DNA of 64,000 nt from Gnetum montanum (GCA_015680685.1 MNCI01002249.1:782424-846423), one strand, 5' to 3'. Shown: positions 40,801-55,800, counted from the stretch's first letter. Program-made: numbers and translations. Notes: generated by a model from the letters alone, not told the origin.

Positions 40801-43800
40801 AATTTATACAACTCCTACAATGGCACAATTTGGTTGATATTGAGCTTCAAGGTGGCCAATACACTTGGAACAATAAGAGGAGTGGCACTAGTCTAGTGAT
40901 GTCATGAATCAATAGGGCTTGGGTTCATGCTGAGAGATGTTTACTAAGTATGAGGTACAACTCACCTACAAAGCGTGACAAGCTTCTAATCATAGGGCTT
41001 TAGTTTGCTCTCTATGGTTGTCCTAGAGGCCTCCTCTGACTCCGTTCCATTTTGAGCAGCCATGGTTGTTGAAACCTTGGCTGCAAAGGGTTGATGAAAA
41101 AATATGGACAAGGTATGATAGTTCCTATCTTGACCCGAGGGATTTTCTCAAGCAAGGCCTCAACACTCTGAAAAAGTATATTAAAGGTTTGCATCAAGAT
41201 CAAAAATACTCCTTTTGAGGGACTAGATGCAGGCTACAAGATCAATTGATTGTTGTTCAACTTAGGAAAATGGGGAGATTCTGGAGGAAGAAGAGTGTGG
41301 CTTGCTACTAGCATTACACAACCTTGCTAAGGATGAAGAGTTTTATTGGAAGAAGAGATCTAGGGTACGCTGCCTCAAAGAGGGGGACCAGAACACTAGC
41401 ATCTTTTTTGCAGCTACCAAGGGCAACTGCACTTGCAAGAGAATTAGTTCGCTAAATAGAGGATCGATGCAGATCCATCAACCACAAGATATCGCCCATG
41501 ACATGCAAGCTTTCTGGAATATTGTGTGGTCCAAGGGAGAATCCTCCCCACTTTTTGTGGTAGTCCAAAGGGTGTTTAATGAGACTAACAACACACCTCT
41601 CATTGCTCTCATTTCTCCTACTGAACTATATGTTGCCTTGGCTTCGACGAAGCTGGGTAGTGCTTCAGGGCCAGATGGTTGGCCCATTGAAATCATCAAG
41701 GAATTTCTTTTAATTCTAGGTCCTAATATGTTGGACACGTTTAACCTCATGCTTAGGTGGGGACAAGTGTGCAAGGAAATCAATTGCTCTAGGATAGTTT
41801 TGCTACCTAAGATCTCCAACCCCACGTTGCTTGCTCATTACAGATCGATTGGGGTGTGTAATACTCTCCTCAAATTTTCACTAAAATTCTAGTTCAACAT
41901 CTTCAACCTCTAATGTCGGTCCTTGTGGAGATGAATCAGGTTGGGTTTGTAAAAGGCAAATTCATCCAGGACCAAATTATTTTATTGCAAGAACTGGTTC
42001 ACTCCATCCGTAGAGCTAATTTCCCAGGTATGTGTGTCAAAGTTGATATTGTGAAAGCTTATGATACTGTTATTTGGCAGGCACTCCGGGAAATTATGCT
42101 TAAAAAAGGTATTCATCACCAGTTTGTGGACCTCTACATCAATATACAACAAATTAGTGCATATTCATTCAATCTTAATGGGAGCCTTTGGGGATTTTTC
42201 TCCCCTACCAAGGGATTATGGCAAGCGGACCCCTTATCACCATATTTATTCATTATTGTCATGGACACAATGATATTTTGTCTAGGGGAGGAAGGGCTCT
42301 AGGGTGTGAACATTGCTGATCATACATGCATTGCTGAACACTATCCCGACGACACCATTCTTATGACTCGGGCCTAAGCGATTAACCTTGACATTAGATC
42401 GAATGGTTGAGGAGGTTGGGTTTTGGCCAAATTGGGAAAAGTCAGCCATTCATTTTTTCAATACTAATACTTCAGTTCGTAGGTAGGTTTGTCAATCCTT
42501 GGGGATCCTTGGGAAAAGAATCATATCTTGGTATACTTGTTTTTTCCTAGAATCAACAAGCTACTTAGACGTCATTGGTGAAGCAGTTGCTAGCACGGAT
42601 TAAGAATTGGAAGACTAGGTTTCTAATGTCACAAGGTAAGGTTCTGTAGGCTTCTTCGATGTTGCTTGCTATCACCCAGTACATGGCTTCGATGGCAAAA
42701 CCGCCCATTGGGGTGATAGAAAAAATCAATCAAATTATCACAAGTTTTGTTTATTCAGGTGGAAAAGGGGGGAGTCGCCTACATCTTGTTAGCTGGGATA
42801 AAGTGGACCATCCAAAGCAGGCAGGAGGACTGGGGATTTTAAAATTGAGGATGTCCTTTTGACGAGACATCAAATTGTTATAAATCACCTAATGTAAGAG
42901 CCGGAACGTAGACCTCCGTGGGTGAAGATTATGATTCGCAAGTATATGCTTTGTGTGTCTAGGCCAAGGGACTCACATGTGACATAACCTCTGTAATCAT
43001 GCACATGAGTTGTTGTGGTGGGCCACCTTGGGTTTGAAGCCCAGTGAGACCCTAAAACTCAAGTACCCATCCCAGGACAATTGGTGGCAATTATGGAAGG
43101 AATGGCTACTGAAGGAACTCAAATGTTTCGCTTGGTTACTGCAACATGATGCCCTACCGTTACGTCCACAACTTAAACATCAGGGCATACTCAATACTGA
43201 TTGTTGCCTACTCTACAATGCATATGAAGAAACCATGCAACACTTATTTGTGCATTGTCCTTTTGCAGTTGCAGTGTGGCGGCTTGTGAGTTCTCCTTCT
43301 TCTCTGCAAGTTGCAAGGGATAGCTTCAACACTTCTATTCTCTAGCATATTTGGAAGGTGCAGAACGCCGCGATCTTCAAGCCGGAGCAATCCCACAACT
43401 CGGCGCATGTTGTTCATTCGACTACAAGACTATGGGTTAAGGCTTTTGCAGTGATGGGTGGTACCCCGACATTTGAACCAAACACAGATAAATTATGCCA
43501 TAAGAAACAACTGTGGGAAGTTGTCATGACGATAGGCTAGGCAAATGTCTTGCCATTGTTAGTGGCTGACTCAAACCTTCATGATGCTAGTTTCTACAGA
43601 AATTGCAAGGGTGATGTGACCACATTTCATGAGGCTTCTATCACCCTCACTAAACAGGCACTTGCAAACTATTGGATGTGTTGGCGCTAGGGGAGGTCAT
43701 TTTTTCCACTAAAAGGGGGCTATAGGATGTTGTGGCTTTTTTCTCGAGCAATATCCTCAAAACTGCGAGTGGCCAGGTGCCAAAGTTTGTGTTGCACTGC

Positions 43801-46800
43801 TGTGGCAAGAAGCTGAAAGTTCATGGATAGGTCTCATAAAGTCAACTAACATATGGAAATTGCAAGGTGCCCACTTTGCTTCATTCCGTTGCATGAGGGA
43901 CCCATGGTCTGTGAACTTGCCTAAGTTCTTTCTTGCCTCTTTGAGGTGAGAATGTCAAGGTAGGCAGTCTAGCCTCATTTTGGTGTTCTGGCAGGCTATG
44001 CAACCATAGAGCTCGTCATTAGGCCTATGATTCACCTATATTATCAACAGAAGGTGAGGCCTACGACTAGATCATCAAGAGATGTGGGTGCATCATCTTC
44101 TGTGCCCCCCTCCCCCAAAGAACTTGTGAAGATGCCTACCACGAATCATGAGGAGTTGCTGAACTAGGCAGAGGATCCCTATTTGTGTCAAGTGTTGGCA
44201 GCTACAATAGCTTGGGTCAAGGAGGAAGAGAGAAGCCGATGAAAGGCAATTATTAAGGGATGTGCAGGCAAAGACTCAAGTCAAACACCAACAAAATAGG
44301 GAGGAATTGGAGCAACTTAGGCAGCAGTTGAAACATTGTGAAGTTCTACAATTGCAAGAAAAGGAAGAGGAGCTCCACCAAGAGATTCGGGCAAAGATCC
44401 TATAGGAGGAGCAGAGAAGCAACACTGCGAAGAAGAAGAAAAGAAGGAAGTTGACAAGGTGTTATTTGAGCAGCAATTTGATCAAGCGCATGAGGCAGAG
44501 GTTTAGAAATGGCTATGGGCAAGTCGTTACCCATATATGCTTATGGGCATTAATAAGGATGCATCTTGGACTACCTGGAGACAGCATATCCATTTAATGG
44601 CCACAAAATACCATCTAGACAAGACAAAGGATATGCCTAATAACGAGCAATAGCAAGTGAAGCAGGATTTCCTTGACTTTCAGCAGGCGACTAACTTTGT
44701 TGCCTCTAAACCTCTATGGGTGATCCTTGACCAGGTCTACTCAAGGAATTTATTATTCAGTTATTTTTGTTTTAATATAATATCCTCATTTTTCCCAAAG
44801 ACTAAATTGTAAGATCAACTCTCTTCCTAAAAAATATCTTGGCATTCCTATCTTCTTTGGCCACATGAAACTCTCCATTTAGCAAGAGTTTATTGATAAA
44901 TTTCAAACAAAGCTTGCTGGTTGGAACGAAAAATTATAATCTCAGGCTGGAACACTTTAGTTTATTAAATATGTTCTACAGGCTGCCCCTCTTTATCTCT
45001 TGTCATGTTATAAGGCTCCTGAGAGTTTGTTATCTTTATTGGAAAAATGGAAAAGAATATTTTATGGTTATCTAATGGGTCCAGAAAATTTCATTCCATC
45101 AGCTGGAACATTATTTGCAAAAATACTACTGAAGAGGGTTGGGGCATTTGAATTCTCAAACAAGTTAATATGGCACTTTTGGGTAAGGTTATTTTTCAGC
45201 TTTATTCCACAAACAAACCTTGGGGAGCTTTACGTTTTACAAGGCTCCTTTGGCTTCTTAAGCTTCAGCATCTTGGTGCAGTTTTGAACATGTTTGAGCT
45301 TGCTTCTGGAATTTTATTCAAACCATAATGTTAATATTACATGGGCAGGATACTCCAATTATGTGGTTTAAAAGACCTATGAATACTTTCTCACAAAATG
45401 CAAAAGATAGTCAGAAGAGCTCTTGGTGGCGAGCTATTTCAATCCCGCGTAATCACACTTTTATGAATAAATGTTTACATGGTAAGCTTCATGTGAAAAC
45501 TTTACTCTATCAGAAGAGTGCTGCCATAATGTCTGTGAAATGATGGATCATGCCCTCTTTACCTGTGCTGCTAATAAGGATTTCTAGGATTGTTTTCATA
45601 AACTCACAAGCGTTTCAATTCATAATGCCAATTTGATTACAGCCCTTAACCAATGGTCACGCCTTCAATCAGTGTGGCAACGTGGCAAATTTAAAGGCCT
45701 TCTCCCAGCCCTATTGTATAACATATAGTAATACAGAAATCTTTCCATCTTCATAGAGAAAAGCCTTTCAACGTATCACTTTGTACATATCACTCTCTAC
45801 TCTTAGTGTCCAACTCTGCAAAATCATGGTAGTTTTAAATCTAGAAGGTAATAATGTCTTTACCTTCATAGGAATCAGATAATTGGAGTTTTTTATCTCC
45901 TCTCTTTTGTTGTAGTTTTGGCTTTCCTTTAAGACTAGTGGTACTGTCAATTTCTCTTTTCTATATTTTCCAATCTTTTACAAATGTACTTTGATTTGAT
46001 ATTATCTTTTTCCAAATCTGCTCTGGCCTCTATAGATCCAAGTTTCCCTTTTCTTCATATATATACACACACACATACTAATCTCATTTATTTACCAGCA
46101 ATTATGTTCTTTTATGTGAGCAAAGAAAAGAAAGAAAATATGTGTTATCATATAGGTTTACTTACTTTCCATAAAATAAACTCACATGAATTATGATTAG
46201 AAGCACATTTGGACCTTAGAATAAGCAATCACTCATATTCACAAATAGTAATTATGTAAATGATACATTTGGTTAATGTGCCCTATGTGAAGCATGTAGC
46301 ATTTTTAGTGAACATTAAATATCTGTTTAATAATAATATAAGCATCCCTATACCTTGAATGGATGGGTTGCATTATTTATTTTTTTTATACACCGTGTGG
46401 AAGCAAAGATAAGCACCACTATCCAACCATACTTGTACATATACTTAAGCATAATATTCTATGCCATTGCACCCAAAGGGAGTTGAGATGTACAACACCC
46501 AAAAGTTTTCCAATGATGCAAGTGCCATGGGTAAGTGTATACCCACCACACATGATTTATGATCACCTATATTGGGGGTGCTTTGCTTGTGTAGCATAGA
46601 ACCCAAAGATAACCCAACTCATGGTCAGTTGGTGAGCAGATTCTTTGAGTTAGATGAGCTTCAATGTGGGAATACAATGCACATTGCACAGGCAAAGTTG
46701 TTGAACCATGTATATTTTTTATCTCTAGCCATTGTTTGATGTCTCTATAAATTAAATAATCTTGTTTGGTGAAAACATAGTGGAAGACTAGGATTACATC

Positions 46801-49800
46801 CAACCATATCCACATCCATTAGTGCTATTTGTAAAACAAAATTTGAAACAAATGAGTTACATGACTAGTTGCTATTTTCTAGCTTGTTAAGTGCTTGGAA
46901 CTGATATTCATAATCTTTGGCTATGCACCTCCGTGGATCATCGTACTAGTGAAGATAGGCAATGCACTATTAATACATTAATCATTAGAATTATTAAGAG
47001 TAGAAATGTCCTATGTCATGAACATGTTAAGTCAATGGTGGTAGGAGATAATGTAGAACCTATAATCAAACCACTATTATATTGAACTACACTCTTACTA
47101 GTTGTTAGTGTAAGCCTAGTGCTATGTTCTGAAAACTTTAAAAAAATGTAGTGAAAATTTAAAGTCAGTTAGTTATAAGGGGTCCTATACATTTAAATGC
47201 CAGTTAAACTTCTCATGACCCTTCATGTAATGAAATTAATCTCAGTGGCTTGGCTTCAAGTTTCTAAGCATTTGTAGCTAGTCAAGGAAAAAAACAAAGA
47301 AAAAGGGCAAAAAAAAAAGCCAAACAGAAATTTAGTTAACTTAGTTTACTAATTAACAAGTCCTAACAGGTTTCCTCAACTCACTAATTCAACAAGATGG
47401 CCAGTTTCTGTTTATACTCAGGAAATATTGCTACTAATGTATTTTGTACAAACTAATTAGTTGGGTCTATACAAATATAAGTAAACTACAGTTTCAATTT
47501 CAATTCCAGTTTTAGTTTTAGTTATGTTAGCTGAAGAATAGTGTGTTAATGTGTTGAAATTTCTCCTTTCAAGGGGTCTCACTGGACACAAGTAAATCAG
47601 CTTCAGTTTCAACAAAACTGTTAGTTCATATTGTAACAAACAGGAACAAATACTCGCATCGTCTCATATGGTTAAATATTGTAAGATTTGAAACTTGTTT
47701 TGTTTCATAATGTCGGAAACAGCAAAATTCAAATGATTGTTCATAGTCAGAATTTGAAGAGTACCATCTACTCAATTTACTTGAAAATTACAAACTACAC
47801 ATATTGACCTTGTATGCTACAGAAACTGAATTAACAGCTTCTTGGACCATGAACCTAGAAGAAGAATCCTCCATTTTCAATGCCTGAAAAAGTCGAGTTG
47901 CCATATTTAAATTCTCCCTGCCCAGAAGCAAAAATCCAGAAAAACATTTGAACATCGTAATCAGATTGATAACTTCACTATATGCTCCTATTTATAGTAA
48001 AATCCAAATTCAAGTGCAATACCTAAACAGGTGTGGCAGCCTCTGTGCAAGCAAACCTATTGCCTGATACGCAAAAGCTTTAAGCTCCTTCGAAGTACGT
48101 TCTACAAATATAATTAGGCAATAACAAAGCATGACAACACCCATTAACCAAAAATGCAAAGTTATTATTTATTGTTTATTAATTTTTTTCTCCTAATTTC
48201 TGTATGACAGACCCTATATAGACGTAATAACACATCAGATTCAGTTACAAAAACACATATTTCCTATGAAGAAAGCTAACATGGTTCAATGTGATGTAAG
48301 GCATTTAAACGAAACAATGACTAACACTGTCTTGAAATTGTAGAACATACCCGATTCTGCAGTTGTATGCGCATCAAGAAATTTTACAAGGCCACTCAAA
48401 ATAACAGGACCCATTAACTTTAACTGAGCATTTGAAGCCTGAAAACCAGTTAAGAGAAAACAATGCAATAGGCTGTCAAAAGCTACCATGGCATTGCTTT
48501 TCCATTTTGCTTTAAGAAATGTAAAATCAGTAGCTGTATTTTTGTGATTTCATGACAAGCTCAAACCTACTGATATGTACAAATTTTTTTTTATTATCTT
48601 ATCTTACAACGCACCATTTATATTTCACAAATAAAACATGTTTAAACAGATACACAAATCTAACTACAAAAATTGCAATGACTTATTGGAAAGTAGGAGC
48701 TTGTTCATGCCAATGCTACTTGCACGGTACAATCAAATGCAATACATACGAGCTAGCTCCAAACCACCTTCTTTTTTCAGGATTTTTTTTTGAAACAGAT
48801 AAAAAAGTGGGGATATTAACAAGAAAATTTACACTATGATTATAACCAGAAATTCCTTGGGATATGAAACAAATAAGGAAGCATTTGAAGAATCAATCAC
48901 TTTGGCAGCCAATATAAAATTAAAAATATATACATAAATCACGGAAACAAAATAATTACCTTTATGCTAACAACGGTCAATCTTGCCATTTTCAAAGACT
49001 TGAAAAATCAAATCTCATTCTTACTATCAGTCATTCCAAACTTTTATAGTCAACCAACACACTATTTATTTGGCTTGGTTAACCAAAAATTCAACATTTT
49101 TACTGTTTATAAAGGTTATAGATTACATGTACTAGCTATGTCCAAATTTAATCATTGCTACATTCCACCAATCCATGACCAAGTAATTGCCAGTGGCATG
49201 CAATAACACATCCATGAAAAACCAACAAAATGAACCACAACGGGGGAATATGTGAAAATTGCCTCAGGATGCATAAGGAACATAGACAAGTCCTATGTAT
49301 AAGCCAGATCTTGATTGCAAATACAATTAAAGCACCATAATTTTTTTTACTATGGGCAATCTCCCAATTTCATTTTGTTAATAACATCATTTCCAAAAAT
49401 GATGATTGTTAGAAGTGGATAGCAAGGCCAAAATAGGATTAAATAGTAACTCCAACTTATTAAATGGCAATGGCAATGCTAATTGTACCATCCATAGCTT
49501 GTATTTTTCTTTTTGGGTAAGACCATTTCAAATTATGCTAGATTCATCTGCAGTTGCAATGAATTTCTCGAGGATTGCAGAGAATAAATATCATAGCATT
49601 TAATGGATAACTGAGATATTAAAAAACAGGTAGTTTGAAGGGAAAATTAAAAAAAAATTACATAAAAAAACATAACAGCTAATTTTTGGAAAAGGAAAAC
49701 CATTATTAATAAAAAAAATAACAAACAAAAAAGATAAAAGGTAAATGAAACTCAAAAAATAATTTAAAAAGGGGAGGAAAAAAGGTTTAAGCAAACAAAA

Positions 49801-52800
49801 ACAGTAGCATAACGACATTTGAAGCATAATTGAACTCACAACTTCTTACAAATAAGGCAACAAGCTTGTAAATAGAATCATGCTATCATTAAATGTCAAG
49901 ATGCAGTAGAGAAACCATTGTTAGGTAGGGGCTCAAGAGCTACTTTTAAGCAGCTACATGTATAAATGTGAACAGAAAAGATGGAATTGACAACTTGAGC
50001 ATTTGCCCCAGTTTTATAGGGGCTCGAGAGCTACTTTCAATTACCTTTTCATTGTCCTCATAGCTTTTGATGTGTAGCTCTCTTCATAGCAACTCCGTGT
50101 CCAATTGTGGCCACGGTTGTCTGTAACTGCAAAATGTGCTATTACAACTAGGTTTGGGGCTTTACTTTGATGGCAAAATACAGCCAAGTCTTTAATGTCA
50201 CTGTAATGCTAATTCAATATTCATAGCAAAACCCTAATGAATCAGGTTGTGCATGGATGCAAAACACTAATGAACCAAGTCATGCATGGATGCAAAACCC
50301 TAATGAACCAAGTTATGCATGCATTATTATGATTATGCTGATTGTAAACAAATATGTATATTTGATTTATTGTACTTGCTTAGGCTAGAAAGGCATTACT
50401 TAGAAAATTCAAATCGCAACATAATAAAATTGATAAAATGCAGATTGTTTTCTTTGTCCATCTACCTTGGCATCTCATCGATTTTATTATGTTGTGATTT
50501 GAATTTTCTAAATAATGTCTTTCTAGCCTGAGCCTAAGTTAGGTGGTGTTACAAGTTAGTAATAAGAGTCTTGGCTTGGTAACCACATGTCATAGGTTCA
50601 ATTCTACTGGCTAGAACGAAATTATAAATTCAAAAAAATTTTACATAAAAGAAATTTTGAAACCAATCCCATAGATCCAAGGGGTCTCAATGGACGTAAG
50701 TAAAACATGTCAGTTTCAATTTCATATTTATTTGATGTGGTGATAAGAAAATTTGTGTGAAGGATTTTTATGGGACTTATGCAAAAGTTCTCTTCATTCT
50801 CTTATATTGTTACTGTCATTAAATAAGAGAGTTTCCTAGGCTAATGGTAAGCTAGAATTTGGGGGAAAAAAAACATTTGTTGTGACACAAGGTCCGGCAG
50901 TGTAAAACATTACATTTAGTGAAAGATTTACCATTAGATTTTTGGCAATAGAAGTTTGAAATCTTGTGAAGGGCTTGCAACTAGGCATGCAGCAACATTT
51001 TTAGCGACCTAACACGGTGTTTGGAAATCAGTTTACTTATAGAGTTTTCTTTTTCTTTTTTGCTACACTATTAGCTATTCATTGCTATTAGTAAACATTA
51101 TTTCCTATGGATCGCGAGTCACATGATGGAGTTTTCTACGTGTCACTAGTGGAGGACAGTTTTTTGCTAGTTATTGACACATAATGGAGCTTTTCTACCT
51201 TACAAGCGCTAAACAGAGCTAAGGCACTATTATTGATTACCTGCCTGCTATATCATGTGTTCCCAATGGGCTACTGATAGCCTAAAGAAATATCATCCAA
51301 AGCCTCAATGCTCATCCCACTACGCAAGGTCTCAAGAGTATCAGTGATGAGCAAAAGCCTAGCCTCTTTTCAATTGGTTGTGCCTAGGCTCAAACTCACG
51401 TCTTCCAACTTGAGAAACAAGCACCTTACCATCACTCCAAATGATGGTGTAGGCCATTGGCAAACTGATCTCTATCTAAATGAAAGATTGATAATTCTAG
51501 ATGCAATTTCAACTAAAAGCTAACTTTTACCTAAAGTCACCATGATGTTGATCAACCTACATGTGCAGTTAACTGAATTCATTATAATGTGCAATTTATG
51601 GGGCCACACTCCTCCTTTGGCTCAATTGTCCCAACCATGGTCAATTCTGGATCTCGATCCAAAAAAATACATACTGAATTGGATCAGAATAGCAATCCCA
51701 AGTGCATTGCAATCCATAGAAAAATACATGTTTTCATGATCCCGAGTGCATCACAATCCATAGAAAAATACACGTTTTAAAATCACAAGTTTGGAATCAA
51801 ATTTGCATAATGTCACAATTTTGCATTCTACTGTCATGGCATATTTGCATCTGCATCTTTTTGCAGTTAAGTTATTGGAATAGCGGCTTACATGGTTTGG
51901 GCATGTGCAAAGAAGATCACACAATAAGCCTATAAAAAAAGGTTGCTACATCGCTATTCCAAGAAAGCCACCAAAAGGAAGACCAAAAAAGACATAGAAA
52001 AACTAATTGGAGATGATTTGAAGAAACTGCAAATAAAGAAAGATCTCGCTCTTCATAGATCTATCATAAATCGAAGATGGCAAACGGCGGCACCTAACCA
52101 CTGGTTGTTCTTGGGATATGCCTCGTAAAGAAACTCTGAGCATCCTATGGCCCTCTAGTAACAAGCAAAATTTCTTCCCCATTGTAGGCACATCTAAATC
52201 CCTTGACAAAGCCTCTCCCACGAAAGGTCGTCAAAGTGTCATGCCAATTGGCAAAAAATTTGCCATTTGGCATAGCCGAATCCCCCACTAGCTTGGGAAG
52301 CAAAGACTCCCACCTCACGCAATGCACCAGGTCCCATAACTTGGTTCTCTCCTAGTACTGTTGACAAGATGGATTAAACGTCGACATAGCCCACATCGCA
52401 GCTAAAGCTTCCCTTCACAGTCTATACCCCTCCACAACAATTTGCACAGGCTAAGGAAGCAGCACCTACTGAAAATCAGCCTATTGCACACACACCATAA
52501 ACACCAAAGAATGGTGTTAGCTTGAGAATCTCCACTAAAAATAATGGGGCGAGGTAACCCAATTGCCAACCATGTCACCTTGCTAAAAGGGCAATCATAA
52601 GCAAAATGATCCCATGTCTCTGCCTCCTACGTGCATGAAGGACATGTGTCCTCAATGCCTAAACCCCTACGTCACAGCATCACACACACCAGGATTGCCC
52701 GATGGTTAAGAAGCCAAAGAAAGCTCTTTAGCTTTTTCAGCAAGCGTTCCTTCTAGATAGTGGCCCACCCCAAAACAGCCGAATATTGATGGTTAATGAG

Positions 52801-55800
52801 TAAACATGGCAGCACATCTTGCAAAGCTTGTTGGTTCATCATCAAAGTGTGCCAATAGATGGCACGTCATAGGACAGAATCCCCACAAGTAGTTGTCCAC
52901 TACTGATATTTATTCCTCATGAGGCATATCCAAGGGGCGACCTCCATACCACTTTGTGTCATTCTCTACATTAAATGTTGTTGCCCCATCATAACAAAGT
53001 CAGAGAATTTGAAAATTCCCAACCCTCCTGTAGCTCTGGGCCTCACCATCATCTCCTAAGCTAATAAATGCATCCAGTGTCCCCCTTTCCCACTAGACCA
53101 TACAAAACTACGAATTAGTTGGTCAACTTTATTGCCAATGTCATTTTTTTTTGGTGGGGAGGGGGGGGCGGTGGCAGGGGCCACCACAGAAGCCATAAAT
53201 TGCACAATAGGTGACAAAACCATAGAAGCAAGCAACATTGTCCCTTTGCGAGTCAAGAAACGATTTGTCCATTGGCTGATCCACTGCTGCAACCACTGTA
53301 ACAATTTAATCCACATCTATTGCTGATTCCATCCATGCATGGGGAACCCTAGATACGTATCTTGTTCAATCCAAGGCACAACCCCTAGAGTCTGCATAAT
53401 CCCAGCTTTCACTCTTCCATCAATGTGACTCATATAAATGGCCAACTTGGCTCGATTAACTTCAAGACCAACCTCCTCACCCAATCAAATTAATGCCCTA
53501 TCAGAGCCTTGGCCTACGAAATCAAAGCTCGCGTAAAGATAATAGTGTCATCTGCATAATGCTCAGCCAAGCACTCCACCCCATGAAGATCCAATCCTCA
53601 AACCCCTTCCATTTTGAAGTAATCCTGCAAAGTATCCATCACAATAATGAACAAATACAGAGATAGAGGGTCACCCTACCTAAGCCCCCATCCAAGCAAG
53701 GAGAAACCCCAAAAAACCCTGTCAAGATCAATGGAATACCTCATCGAACATTCAATGTGAAGGCATAAATTAATGAAGTCCTAGCTAAAACCTCTTCTTA
53801 ACATGATGTCAGCTAGACCCTCCGAAGAGACTGTGTCATAAGCCTTAGTTATGCCAAGTTTGAAGCACAACCCAAGAAAACAAGTCAATCTCAAAGAGTG
53901 AAGAATTTCTTGGAGTAGAATCGCCCGGTCCTGGAGAAGATGATCTTTCAAAAACCCACCTAATTATTTTGAATAAGTTTTGGCATTAAAGGTGCCAACT
54001 GTCTCACCAGCATCTTGTTAAAAAGATGCAGGAGCATATTACAAACTCCAATTGGCCTAAAGTGTGACGATTCTGAAGGACAAGCAATCTTAGGAATTAG
54101 GATGATTCGTGAGCAATTGATTTGTCAATGTATCTACCTTCAACTGAGCATGCTATCAAACACATCCAAAATGTTATCCCCTAACACATCCACAAATTCT
54201 CTAAAAGATTCAATAGGGCACCTATCTGACCTTGAGGCCATACCTAGTTTAAAAGCCCCCATGGCCCACTCTAATTCGAGTCGAGAGGAAGGTGCAAGCA
54301 GATTTCAATTATCTTCAGCTGCAAGAATCCTCTAAACAAGCAATGAAATGGGCTTCATGACCCTCCTCCAAACATTAGCCTAGTAGTGTTGGAGTTCCTA
54401 TGCAATTATCAACGAGGTGCTCAATCACCTGCCCATCTTAGGGCAAGCTAGACACCCTTTTGGACGACAATTGGCCCTCACCACAACAAAGAAAAAATTA
54501 GTTGGTCTATCACCATCTTTCAACCACTTGATTCTAGAGTGTAGCCGTCAATACTTAGCCTCTTCTTGATCCAACTGTTGGAGCCTGAAAGTGTCTCATT
54601 CTCCTCAGCCACTAACAATTCCCCTCCTTCCTGCCTCGCTTGAATCCCCCTAAGTTGGTGTTCCATCGTGCCATGACGGTAACGAAAGGAAAATTTCTCG
54701 TCCTTCCAACGTGATCTAATCTCCTTCTTAAGGGTGTTAAGCCCATTAGTTAGGAATTCCTGTGGGTCCCAAGCGAAAGGATACCCCTCCCAAATCATGC
54801 CAACCAGAGGCCTTAACTAGGATTTCATGAGCCACGCCCGTTCAAAACGGAAACGGGCCACGAAGTTACATGGCTCCCTACCAATCTAACAAATAAGCAA
54901 ACAATGGTTCGAACTTCGCCGTTCCATTCCCATAACATGCACCTCTTACTAGAGCAAGAGGGAAGATCCCACCCAGACCCGATCAATTCTAGACAACACT
55001 CTAGCGTTACTAGTTCCCCAATTGCTCCAAGTGTAACGACAATTTTCGATCTCAAGATCCACCAAGTCATGCAAGCGCAGAAATTGTAATAACTGCTCAA
55101 CACCTAGCGGTGCAACGCACTCCGCCCCCATCTTTTCCCAAGCATAAAGCCCTTGATTAAAATCCCCGACTAAAACCCAACACTATTTGTCCAAAATAAG
55201 TATGGCAAGTTCCATGAGACATCGCCCCCGCTCTTATTCCTCGTAAAAGTTGGTGTGCCAAAGCCCCAACAATGGAAAATGGACCGTAATGCTCCAATCC
55301 AAAGAATCCAGATGCTGGAACCAAAACCTGGACAAAATAGCCAAACCCCTGGCACATCCTCAGCATGCCACCTGATGAGACGCGATTTACACTAGGCCGC
55401 GATATCGCGGCCGTCGCGATATCGCGTCTTCTCCTGCGATATCGCGTACGCGATATCGCGTCCCGCCGCCATATCTATAAATAAGAGGCGGCACTCCCTT
55501 CATTTCCCAATCCTGGCTAGTGTAGCGAAGCTCTGGCAGATTGATCACTCCAGAGTTAGAATTTTTCCCCATGTGCCCGCAGTAGGAGTCCTAGAGTGAA
55601 CGGCTCTTTATTCGAGCAGCTTGTAACCTGAACCCAAGTTGTGTACGGCAATAAAGACGAACTTGTTTGGATAAACCTTGCAGCACGTGGTTTCATTTAT
55701 TGCTTTATTTCCTGCTTTCCTAGTGCGTTCAAGTACGACTTGATTACGAGCGTCTACGGACGTGTACGGCTAGTCAAGGAATCGGCTGCTTGACGCAATG

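Noticed and set aside
46200-47100. Possible DNA transposon (hAT/CACTA) remnant; similar faint signals at 5950-6200 and 24230-24900
   Set aside because: No diagnostic transposase motif or TIR/TSD could be established by eye
55372-55430. CTGATGA at the LTR start followed by a stem suggested a hammerhead ribozyme (retrozyme)
   Set aside because: The stem is followed by TTCT rather than GAAA, there is no NUH/stem III arrangement, the leading C belongs to the TSD, and the 1639 copy lacks the core
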